Origin: Mycolicibacterium smegmatis
GTDB taxonomy: Bacteria > Actinomycetota > Actinomycetes > Mycobacteriales > Mycobacteriaceae
Direction of reading: 5' to 3'
DNA length: 32,000 nt
NCBI RefSeq assembly: GCF_001457595.1
Contig: NZ_LN831039.1
Location: 1,410,001 to 1,442,000 of the forward strand
Part shown: positions 7,205 through 15,042 of the stretch, in pieces
Position numbering within the stretch: the stretch's first letter is position 1
Layout: each line of letters begins with the position of its first letter
Made by a program: the position numbers and the translations under genes
The notes under the pieces: generated by a model
The model's input: only the letters and a program-made list of their open reading frames with translations
Database searches by the model: none
What the model was told of the DNA's origin: nothing

Positions 7205-8875
7205 CCTTAGCCTCGATCCGTGGATCGACCCTGTTGAGGTTGTTTGGGGCTGATTTTTGTCGTGCGCCCAGGTCGTGGGCAGCCTGTAGCCGCTGGTCTG
7301 CCCAGCTTTTCCTGTGATGTTCGGGTCGGGGCCTGTGGGTCCGGTGGTCAGTGGGTCGCAGCAGTTGGCGGGCTGTAGCCGATTGTGTTGCGCCACAATG
7401 TGAGCCACTGCTGGGCCCACGGCCAATGCGAGGGTAGATGCAGGATGGGTCGGCGTTGGGGCCGAGCCAGTCGAGCCGGGATGTTGACGATCTTGCGGCG
7501 CAGTGTGGCTCCGCGCGCGAGGGCATGGGCACCGCCGGCGAGCACCCGGCGGCGCGCAGCAGGTTGTGGGCGATCGCCGCGCACAGGACCCAGGCCGAGT
7601 TCGCGCCGAACCGCCCGGAGGGCATATGCGCCAACGGTCCGTCGATCAGGTCGGCGAACACGGTTTCGATGATGGCGTGGCGGCGGTGGGTGATGTCAGC
7701 GGCGTCGACGGGTTCGTCGGAATCGGTGAAGAAGGGGTGATACCGCCACACCGGAAACAGCGCATCGAGGTATCGGGCGTCTTTGACCCGGCGCACGATC
7801 AACCGAGCGGTGACCGGGGTGTTGGTGGAACTGAAAGCGGTGTAGGTGGTTTCGGCGACTTCGGCATCGGAGATCCAGGCGCCGGTGTCGGGGTCGCGCA
7901 CTGCGCCGGGGTAGTTGACCGGGGTCCAGGCGTTATCGCTGATGGCCTCGATGGCCGCAGCGACGGCGCGGGTCTTGGTCAGCACCAGCGAGAAGTGGGC
8001 GCCGGCGCGGCGGCAGGCGGCCACCACGGTGCTGTTGCCGTAGGCCGAGTCTCCGCGCACCAGGATCTGCCCGTTGACACCGGCGGCGCGGGCGGTGGTG
8101 ACTGCTTGGGCGATCATCCGGGCTGCGCCCTTGCCGGAGTTGGTCTTGCCCGCCCGCAGCCGGGCTCCGGTGATCATCGGGGCACCCGTGGTGGTGCTGA
8201 TGGTGGTGATCAGCGGCGAGAGGCCTTTGCGCAGGATCTGCTTGCCGGCGATCTTGGTGTGTCCGTAGGAGGCTCCTTGTTTGGCGTGGCCGTAGACCGG
8301 GCGCAGCAGTGAATCGATGTCGACGAACGCTTGGGTATCGGCGCCGGGTAGCAACGCGACGCGCTCGCAGAGCCCGCCCAGATGCTCACGCAGCACTGCT
8401 TCCAGTTGGCGTGCGTGTCCGAAGGTGAACTCCCGCAACAGTGTTCCGATGGTCGAGGGCGCGTACACGCCGCCAAAGAGGGCTTTCATTCCACCGGAGC
8501 GCACGAGGTCGAGGTCGTCGATGCTGTCGGCGCCGGCGCACATTCCGGCGACCACGGTGAGCAGCTTCGGTGACGGATTGGCCGAGCCGGACTTGATCCG
8601 CGGTTCAACGATTTCGACCTTGTCCGCGATCAGGTCCGATAGCCCGGTCTGGCTGGCCAGGGTCATCACCGGCACCAGGCCGGCGCACGACACCAGATGC
8701 TCATCATCGAACACTGCAGACGCAGCCATGAAGTTGTGCGACACTTTCACCGGAAGTGCCTTTCGAAGTTGTGCCGATAAGTGCGTAAGGAACACTCATC
8801 ATCGCAGCTCAGAAGGCACTTTCCTTATATCGACACCCGCCTATCCAGGCTTTCCATCGGTGGATCGAGGCTTAG
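7205..8875 (-). mobile_element. IS1380-family element, copy 2 (~1.67 kb), transposase frameshifted
   Basis: Termini are CTTAGCCTCGATCCGTGGATCG (from 7205) and CATCGGTGGATCGAGGCTTAG (ending 8875). Only 9 nt separate it from copy 1. Confidence 0.7.
7348..8795 (-). pseudogene. IS1380-family transposase with a 1-nt deletion (~7545)
   Basis: Copy 1 reads GAGCACGCCGGCGGCGCGCA (about 5861-5880) and copy 2 reads GAGCACCCGGCGGCGCGCA (about 7540-7558). After ...LLRAAG the long ORF leaves the conserved frame. The conserved C-terminus (VLAGGAHALARGATLRRKIVNIPARL...) lies in ORF 7348-7584. Confidence 0.7.
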
Positions 8876-9069
8876 CTCGCCGCTGGGGGTCAGTAGCACG
8901 TTGATATCGGTGGGCCCGGAGATGGGATATTCGTCGTCGCGGCCGGTTCTCGCGGTCTGGATGGCTTTGGCGGTGAAGATTTGGAGGTGGATAACGCCGG
9001 GGCCCAGGTTCAGTTGCTGTTCTGGGGGCGGAGTACCGATGTAGGCACCGACCGCCAGGATTCCGGTGG
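8876..9069 (-). pseudogene. hypothetical protein, distal part (split by IS256 and 3'-truncated by IS1380 copy 2)
   Basis: After removing the IS256 element and one TSD copy, this part continues 10559-10838 in frame (...ELTTG|ILAVGAYIGTPPPEQQLNLGPGVIHLQIF...TPSGE). The frame then runs into the IS1380 terminus. Confidence 0.6.
9061..9069. repeat. 9-bp target-site duplication of the IS256-family element (left copy)
   Basis: TTCCGGTGG is identical to 10559-10567. Confidence 0.8.
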
Positions 9070-10558
9070 CGAGCAATGATCAATACCTGTGGATGAGCCT
9101 CGGTGTGGGGGCGTGAAGATGGGCGCACCTTCCCGGGGATGATCTTCACGGAATCAGGTATTCGATCAAGACCGGCGTTGGCGCGCTGGTTGGGAAGGTA
9201 CGCCCATGCTCACCGTAGTTCACGACACCGAGGACGCCAACGACAAGGCCAGCGGTGCTGGTCGGTCGTTGTTGGATGAGATCGTCCGCGACGGGGCCCG
9301 GCAGATGCTGGCCGCGGCGTTGCAGGCCGAGGTCGCCGCCTACGTGGCGCAGTTCGCCGATCAACTCGACGAGAACGGTCACCGGTTGGTGGTGCGAAAC
9401 GGCTATCACCAGCCCCGGGAGGTGCTGACCGCCGCCGGCGCGGTGCAGGTGAAAGCGCCGCGGGTCAACGACCGCCGTGTCGACCCCGACACCGGTGAAC
9501 GCAAGCGGTTCTCCTCGGCGATCCTGCCGGCCTGGGCGCGCAAGTCGCCGCAGATGAGCGAGGTACTGCCGCTGCTGTACCTGCACGGCCTGTCGAGCAA
9601 CGATTTCACCCCTGCCCTCGAGCAGTTCCTCGGCTCCGGCGCTGGGCTGTCGGCCAGCACGATCACCCGGCTCACGGCGCAGTGGCAAGACGAGGCCCGC
9701 GCGTTTGGGGCCCGCGACCTCTCGGCCACTGATTACGTGTATCTGTGGGTCGACGGCATTCACCTCAAGGTGCGGCTGGACCAGGAAAAGCTCTGTCTGC
9801 TGGTGATGCTGGGCGTGCGTGCTGATGGCCGCAAGGAGCTCGTGGCGATCACCGACGGCTACCGCGAGTCGGCCGAGTCGTGGGCCGATCTGTTGCGCGA
9901 CTGCAAGCGCCGCGGCATGACCGCCCCCGTACTCGCGATCGGCGATGGCGCGCTCGGGTTCTGGAAAGCAGTCCGCGAGGTTTTCCCGGCCACCAAAGAG
10001 CAGCGGTGCTGGTTTCATAAGCAGGCCAATGTTCTTGCTGCACTGCCGAAATCAGCGCACCCGTCGGCGCTGGCGGCGATCAAGGAGATCTACAACGCCG
10101 AGGATATCGACAAGGCCCAGATCGCGGTCAAGGCCTTCGAGGCCGACTTCGGCGCGAAGTATCCCAAGGCGGTCGCTAAGATCACCGACGACCTCGATGT
10201 GCTGCTGGAATTCTACAAGTATCCGGCCGAACATTGGATTCATCTGCGAACGACGAATCCGATCGAATCCACCTTTGCCACAGTGCGTTTGAGGACCAAG
10301 GTCACCAAGGGGCCCGGATCACGAGCGGCCGGACTAGCGATGGCCTACAAGCTCATCGACGCCGCCGCGGCCCGCTGGCGTGCCGTCAACGCCCCACACC
10401 TGGTCGCCCTGGTCCGCGCCGGCGCGGTCTTCCATAAAGGCAGACTGCTCGAACGACCCACCGACATCACCCCGCCAACATCGCCCTCAGACGGCGGTCA
10501 GCACGCCGGAACGGAGGTCGCCTGAAACACCCCGATCCACAGGTATTGACAATTCCTC
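9070..10558 (+). mobile_element. complete IS256-family insertion sequence (~1.49 kb)
   Basis: There are ~26-bp imperfect inverted repeats: GAGCAATGATCAATACCTGTGGATGAG at the left, and the reverse complement of the right end, GAGGAATTGTCAATACCTGTGGATCGG. It has a single 439 aa transposase and a 9-bp TSD. Size, inverted repeat and TSD match what I recall for IS6120 of M. smegmatis, which I cannot verify here. Confidence 0.85.
9206..10525 (+). CDS. IS256-family transposase
   Basis: The 439 aa ORF has typical IS256/mutator-type blocks: YLWVDGIHLKVR, LAIGDGALGFWKA, QRCWFHKQANVL, TTNPIESTFATVRLR. Confidence 0.9.
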   Translation: MLTVVHDTEDANDKASGAGRSLLDEIVRDGARQMLAAALQAEVAAYVAQFADQLDENGHRLVVRNGYHQPREVLTAAGAVQVKAPRVNDRRVDPDTGERKRFSSAILPAWARKSPQMSEVLPLLYLHGLSSNDFTPALEQFLGSGAGLSASTITRLTAQWQDEARAFGARDLSATDYVYLWVDGIHLKVRLDQEKLCLLVMLGVRADGRKELVAITDGYRESAESWADLLRDCKRRGMTAPVLAIGDGALGFWKAVREVFPATKEQRCWFHKQANVLAALPKSAHPSALAAIKEIYNAEDIDKAQIAVKAFEADFGAKYPKAVAKITDDLDVLLEFYKYPAEHWIHLRTTNPIESTFATVRLRTKVTKGPGSRAAGLAMAYKLIDAAAARWRAVNAPHLVALVRAGAVFHKGRLLERPTDITPPTSPSDGGQHAGTEVA

Positions 10559-10567
10559 TTCCGGTGG
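10559..10567. repeat. 9-bp target-site duplication of the IS256-family element (right copy)
   Basis: TTCCGGTGG is identical to 9061-9069. Confidence 0.8.
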
Positions 10568-10838
10568 TCAGCTCCAGGTTTCCGTCGAAGACTCGTTCCC
10601 CAAGCCCTGTGGGGTCGGTCCCGCGGTAGACCCGTACGTGGACTAACCGCTCAGCATCGTCGGATTCGTCTTCGCTCAATGTGTAGACATCGATGGCATG
10701 GTCTGTTGACCAGCACCAGATAGTGGTTTTAGCGCCGTCTGGGACACCCGCTTGATCCTCGGTATCGAGATCCTCGATGCTCACGGTGCTGCCCCACGGG
10801 AATACGTGAACATCAAGGAGCAGCTCGTTGTCACTCAC
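10559..10838 (-). pseudogene. hypothetical protein, proximal part (interrupted by IS256)
   Basis: MSDNELLLDVHVFPWGSTVSIEDLD...FDGNLELTTG is followed by read-through into the IS256 terminus. I recognise no family. Confidence 0.6.
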
Positions 10839-11221
10839 AGATCCAGCACCGCCTCATCTCGATGGGTTGGTTGCTTGGCCAGTCTCACGAGACGGCCCGT
10901 CTGGCGCAAATGGCCCGGCTTACCAGCGCAACTCGATGACTGCATGTCGCTTATTTACCGGAGGGTTTTTTGTGGTTTTTCTTGCTTTTCTTGTTCTTCT
11001 TTTTGTCGTTTTTCCTATTGTCGGACTTCTTCGATGACTGCGCCTTAGATCCCGAGTTACGACCTTGACCGCCGGCCTGATTGTTCTCACGGGCGGGTCT
11101 GCTGCACGAACAGGTGACATCTGAGTTGGCTTGTCCAGCGTGGGCAGGCTGGAAGGATGTCCCCATGGCAAGGCCCTATCCCCGTGAGTTCTGATCCACC
11201 CCGGCATGTCGGGAGGTTCTC

Positions 11222-12175
11222 TTATCTGAGTGCCTCCTCGGCATGAGGGTGCCGTTGGCGATGGTAGTAGAGCGCTTCGGCCCGATCGGGGGTCAGGTCC
11301 TGGCAGTAGCCGTTGGGTCGCTGACGGTTGTAGAAGGCCACCCATTCGGCGGTCCCCAGCGCCAGTTCGGTGGCACCGGGATAGAGCGGCTGGCGGTCGA
11401 TGAGTTCGGTCTTGTAGCTGCTGTTCACCGATTCGGCCAGAGCATTATCGAAACTATCCCCGACGGATCCGACTGAAGGCAGGATCCCCTCAGCGGCCAG
11501 ACGTTCGGTGAACGCGACCGCGGTGTATTGCGAGCCCGCGTCGCTGTGGTGGATAAGTGAATCCAAAGATGCTGCACCCGAACGCTTTCTGGTGTCGATA
11601 GCGTGGTCGATCGCATCGGTCACCAGCTTCTGGGTCATCTCGGTAGCCACCTTCCAACCCACGATCTTGCGGGCATAGACATCGGTGACGAACGCCGTGT
11701 AGGCCCAGCCGGCACGAGTCCGGCAGTAGGTGAAATCGGCCACCCACAATCGGTCAGGCGCACCGGCGACGAAATTACGCCGGACCCGATCCGGGGCTCG
11801 CGTCGCTGCCGGATCGGCGACGGTGGTGCGCACCCGCCGGCGCTTGCACGCACCCCGCCAACCCATCTCCCGCATGACCCGTTCCACGACACAGCGCGAT
11901 ACGTCGATACCATTGGTGCGCAATACAATCCATGTCTTACGAGCGCCCAGGACTCGGTACAGACTCTGCGATTGGCGAAGCTGCCAGATCGCATCGATCA
12001 CCTGCGCATCGGCCCAGTCGGCTTTCGAGGGGCCCTGACGGGCGCGGTGGGCGTAATACGTCGACGGGGCGATCGTGACGCCGTACTCGGAAAGCACAGC
12101 GCACATCGACTCGACACCCCACTTGAGACCATCAACGCCCACCCGCATGTGCTGGTGGGCGCTGATGAACTCCAC
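11222..12175 (-). CDS. IS3-family transposase OrfB (copy B)
   Basis: The 317 aa protein is identical to 4098-5051. Confidence 0.85.
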   Translation of the reverse strand: MEFISAHQHMRVGVDGLKWGVESMCAVLSEYGVTIAPSTYYAHRARQGPSKADWADAQVIDAIWQLRQSQSLYRVLGARKTWIVLRTNGIDVSRCVVERVMREMGWRGACKRRRVRTTVADPAATRAPDRVRRNFVAGAPDRLWVADFTYCRTRAGWAYTAFVTDVYARKIVGWKVATEMTQKLVTDAIDHAIDTRKRSGAASLDSLIHHSDAGSQYTAVAFTERLAAEGILPSVGSVGDSFDNALAESVNSSYKTELIDRQPLYPGATELALGTAEWVAFYNRQRPNGYCQDLTPDRAEALYYHRQRHPHAEEALR

Positions 12176-12177
12176 GA

Positions 12178-12504
12178 CTACTGAGAGGGCCGGTCGAGCT
12201 CGGCGGCGAAGAAAACCGAGGCCGCCTTCAAGATCGCGTTGGCCCGCTTGAGTTCGGCATTCTCCCGGCGCAGCTTGCGCAGGACCTCGGATTCCTCGCT
12301 GGTCTGCCCCGCCCGAGAGCCGGCGTCGATCTCAGCCTGGCGGACCCATTTGCGCACCGTTTCGGCAGTACCGACGCCCAGCAGGTCAGCAACCCGGCCC
12401 ATCGCCTCCCACTCCGAAACTGTCTCGCTGCGCAGATCGGCCACCATCTGCACCGCCCGCACCTTCAGCTCGTCTGGATACCGCCTCGATGACTTCGATC
12501 CCAC
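12178..12504 (-). CDS. IS3-family transposase OrfA (copy B)
   Basis: The 108 aa protein is identical to 3769-4095. Confidence 0.85.
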   Translation of the reverse strand: MGSKSSRRYPDELKVRAVQMVADLRSETVSEWEAMGRVADLLGVGTAETVRKWVRQAEIDAGSRAGQTSEESEVLRKLRRENAELKRANAILKAASVFFAAELDRPSQ

Positions 12505-12815
12505 GTGCCCATCCTTCCCAACGGAAGAACTCTCCAGACACGCCGGGGCGGATCATTCCGCGACGACGTCGTGCGCGTGGCCCGCAACCGCGAAGACGGT
12601 GTGACGATCGAGCAGATCGCCACCGATTTCGGTGTGCACCCGATGACGCTGCACAAATGGCTTCGCCAGGCCGACATCGACGAGGGCACCAAGCCCGGTA
12701 GAACCACCAGCGAGTCCGGTGAGCTGCGTGAGGCCCGGCGTCGGATCAAGCTGCTCGAGCTGGAGAACGAGGTGCTGCGCCGGGCCGCGGCGTATCTGTC
12801 ACAGGCCAACCTGCC

Positions 12816-12822
12816 GGGAAAA
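12816..12822 (+). promoter_or_regulatory. -1 programmed frameshift heptamer G GGA AAA
   Basis: It has X XXY YYZ form in the orfA zero frame (CCG GGA AAA GGC). A -1 slip gives ...NLPGK-RLYPLVKELAADGIPVAVTCRVLKLARQPYYRW, a typical IS3 OrfAB junction. Confidence 0.6.
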
Positions 12823-12836
12823 GGCTCTACCCGCTC

Positions 12837-13697
12837 GTGAAAGAGCTCGCCGCCGACGGGATCCCCGTCGCGGTGACGTGCCGGGTACTCAAGCTCGCCC
12901 GCCAACCGTATTACCGCTGGCTGGCCGCCCCAGTCACCGACGCCGACCTCGTTGAGGCCTACCGCGCCAACGCCCTGTTCGACGCTCACCACGAGGACCC
13001 CGAGTTCGGGTACCGCTACCTGGCCGAAGAGGCCCGCGACGCCGGCGAACCGATGGCCGAGCGCACCGCGTGGCGCATCTGCTCGCACAATCGCCTGTGG
13101 AGCGTGTTCGGCAAGCGCAAACGCGGCAAGAACGGCAAGCCCGGCCCACCAGCCCACGACGATCTCGTCGAACGTGACTTCACCGCTGAGGCGCCGAATC
13201 AGCTGTGGCTGGCCGATATTACCGAACACCGCACCGGCGAGGGCAAGCTCTACCTCTGCGCCATCAAAGACGTGTTCTCCAACCGCATCGTCGGCTACAG
13301 CATCGACTCCCGGATGAAGTCCCGACTGGCCACCCGTGCACTGCACAGCGCGGTAGCCCGACGCGGAGATGTCGCCGGGTGCATTCTGCATTCGGATCGT
13401 GGATCTCAGTTCAGGTCAAGGAGATTCGTACACGCGCTGCACCATCACGACATGGTCGGCTCCATGGGGCGCGTCGGCGCGGCCGGCGACAACGCAGCCA
13501 TGGAGAGCTTCTTCAGCCTGCTGCAGAAGAACGTCTTGGACCGCCGCCGTTGGCGCACCCGAGAAGAGCTGCGGATCGCGATCGTCATCTGGATCGAACG
13601 GACCTACCATCGCCGCCGGCGCCAGGCCGGCCTCGACCGGTTGACCCCCATCGAGTTCGAAGCCATCATGACCACACCGGCCAGTCAGGCCGCGTGA
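12837..13697 (+). CDS. IS3-family transposase OrfB (rve/DDE core) of the second IS3-type element
   Basis: Blocks LWLADITEH, HSDRGSQFRS and GDNAAMESFFSLLQKN are present. It is in the -1 frame relative to orfA. Confidence 0.8.
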   Translation: MKELAADGIPVAVTCRVLKLARQPYYRWLAAPVTDADLVEAYRANALFDAHHEDPEFGYRYLAEEARDAGEPMAERTAWRICSHNRLWSVFGKRKRGKNGKPGPPAHDDLVERDFTAEAPNQLWLADITEHRTGEGKLYLCAIKDVFSNRIVGYSIDSRMKSRLATRALHSAVARRGDVAGCILHSDRGSQFRSRRFVHALHHHDMVGSMGRVGAAGDNAAMESFFSLLQKNVLDRRRWRTREELRIAIVIWIERTYHRRRRQAGLDRLTPIEFEAIMTTPASQAA

Positions 13698-13826
13698 CCG
13701 AAACTGTCACCTGTTCGTGCAGCAGACCCAACGCACGCAGCTGGCCGAGATCGCCCTGCAGGCCGCTCTGGACCACATTGCCGAACAGAAGGCGCTGCCA
13801 ACCGCGCCACGCGAAAGAGCCCGCTG

Positions 13827-14039
13827 ATGGATGAGTCGATCTATCGCAACCTTGATTCCCAACATCGGATCCTGGACGAGATCGAACGCAGCCTTGACGC
13901 GGCACTTGCCGACGATGAAAGCCCTGCACTGCCGGCGGTGACGTTCGATCCGGCAATGACGTACAGCGAGCTCACCGATGCCAACGACGCCCTCCGTCTC
14001 AGCACGGGTGGGAGGACGTCGATCTGTACTCCGCCCTGA
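13827..14039 (+). CDS. hypothetical; probably the N-terminal part of a frameshifted gene continuing at 14040-15022
   Basis: The sequence looks coding (MDESIYRNLDSQHRILDEIERSLD...). Its ATG overlaps the TGA of an upstream 3' gene fragment (13825-13829, TGATG). The stop is at 14037-14039, while the -1 frame is open from 13916. Confidence 0.4.
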   Translation: MDESIYRNLDSQHRILDEIERSLDAALADDESPALPAVTFDPAMTYSELTDANDALRLSTGGRTSICTPP

Positions 14040-14110
14040 CGCCAGCACAACAGGAGCGCTACGAAAGCTGGCTTGATTCGCAGCGGCTGCCGTGGGCACG
14101 TGACGACTTC

Positions 14111-15022
14111 ATGGTGCTCGGCCTGGCCGGCGCCGCAGCAACCCTTTTCGACACACAACTCGACGGTCTCGTGTCCGACAGCCTCGGTAAGTTGAAACAA
14201 TCGAACTTGATCAAGGGATGGGAAGCTGACGGCCGGCGCCTGCCGATCGATTACACCGGAATCGGCGTGGGCGGCCCCGGGCATCGGGTGAAGTCTGCCG
14301 GGCATGATCTAGCTCGGCCCCTCGAAGCGCTCCGTCAGATCCGCGAAGGAGTCTTTCGTGCAACGGCATGGCCGCACGGGAACGAGATGTCCGTCGAGGT
14401 GTCGTTATCCACCTGGCGCACGGTGGACAGCTGGCCGGAAGCCATGATCCTGTGGGCGAAGCATCTGGCTGCCGACATCGTTACCCCGATGAGCCTGCCG
14501 ATACCGGGGTTCAGCAAGCTGAACGAGTTGGACAACCAATGGGTACGCGAGTTCGCCTACGCAGCCTACGAAGGACCGCGACCACTCGGTCAGGGGCTCA
14601 ATGTTCGGTCGGGGATGCTGACACCGACACTGTCGGTGCTCAGCACTGAGGCGATCATCCGCACCCACATATTGGCCCGTGCGTACCAGACCCGCGGCAC
14701 TCTACAACTGACTGCAGCCGAACGCGCATTGCAGACCGAGATGCTCCTCGCCGGACATGGGCTCGTCGGTGCCGTGGCCCTTGGCAAGTCGACCGCAGTC
14801 CTCCTTCTGACCGAGAATCCGGCCTTCGCGGTGCGACACATCAATGTCCCCGTCCTGATGCGAATCGCCACTTTGGGCTGGAGTGCGCTCCAGGACCAGC
14901 GTCGACGCGCGACGGCCGCGGCGCCATCCTGGGACGATCTTCTCCTCGAATGGGCGAGGCCGTGGCAGCTCGACGCTGTTCTCGAAATTGAGGTGGAAGC
15001 CAAGCGCCTCACTTTGGTTTGA
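14111..15022 (+). CDS. hypothetical protein, no family recognised; true start uncertain
   Basis: 303 aa from the first ATG, with no Shine-Dalgarno (SD) sequence upstream. The same frame is open and coding-like for 195 nt upstream (WEDVDLYSALTPAQQERYESWLDSQRLPWARDDF). Hydrophobic segments occur near the C-terminus. More A/T at third positions than in neighbouring genes. Confidence 0.6.
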   Translation: MVLGLAGAAATLFDTQLDGLVSDSLGKLKQSNLIKGWEADGRRLPIDYTGIGVGGPGHRVKSAGHDLARPLEALRQIREGVFRATAWPHGNEMSVEVSLSTWRTVDSWPEAMILWAKHLAADIVTPMSLPIPGFSKLNELDNQWVREFAYAAYEGPRPLGQGLNVRSGMLTPTLSVLSTEAIIRTHILARAYQTRGTLQLTAAERALQTEMLLAGHGLVGAVALGKSTAVLLLTENPAFAVRHINVPVLMRIATLGWSALQDQRRRATAAAPSWDDLLLEWARPWQLDAVLEIEVEAKRLTLV

Positions 15023-15042
15023 CGTTTCGACAAGCGAACGTC
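15021..15042. terminator. imperfect hairpin filling the gap between convergent genes
   Basis: GACGTTTCG-ACAA-GCGAACGTC: a GACGTT/AACGTC stem plus CG pairs. It lies exactly between the stop at 15020-15022 (+) and the stop at 15043-15045 (-). There is no U-tract. Confidence 0.35.

Larger units (their letters stand above)
11192..12555 (-). mobile_element. IS3-family insertion sequence, copy B (1364 bp), simple insertion with 3-bp TSD
   Basis: It has the same length and encoded proteins as copy A. I found two nt differences from copy A: one in the inverted repeat (TGATCCACCCC versus TGATCCGCCCC) and one synonymous in orfB. The TSD is TTC at 11189-11191 and 12556-12558. Confidence 0.9.
11166..12840 (+). 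pseudogene. IS3-family OrfA interrupted after codon 9 by IS3 copy B
   Basis: ATGGCAAGGCCCTATCCCCGTGAGTTC (MARPYPREF) at 11166-11192 resumes at 12556 with TTC CGC GAC GAC (FRDDVVRVARNREDGVTIEQIA...). The TTC triplet is duplicated on both sides of the insert. Confidence 0.8.
11095..13729 (+). mobile_element. second type of IS3-family element (~1.26 kb without its insert), carrying nested IS3 copy B
   Basis: The terminal repeat GGGTCTGCTGCACGAACAGGTGACA (from 11095) matches the reverse complement of 13705-13729. orfA/orfB have a G GGA AAA slippery site. I see no matching TSD (flanks differ). Confidence 0.75.

Noticed and set aside
5948-8312. Plus-strand ORFs 5948-6634 and 7503-8312 (228 and 269 aa), plus 9146-10018(-) and 12465-13391(-)
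   Set aside because: They are shadow ORFs opposite the IS1380, IS256 and IS3 transposase genes.
3718-12555. Idea that the mismatched flanks of IS3 copy A result from inversion between copies A and B
   Set aside because: Copy B retains a perfect TTC duplication and rejoins its target orfA in frame. An A/B inversion therefore cannot explain the flanks of copy A. Deletion, or recombination with a third copy, is more likely.
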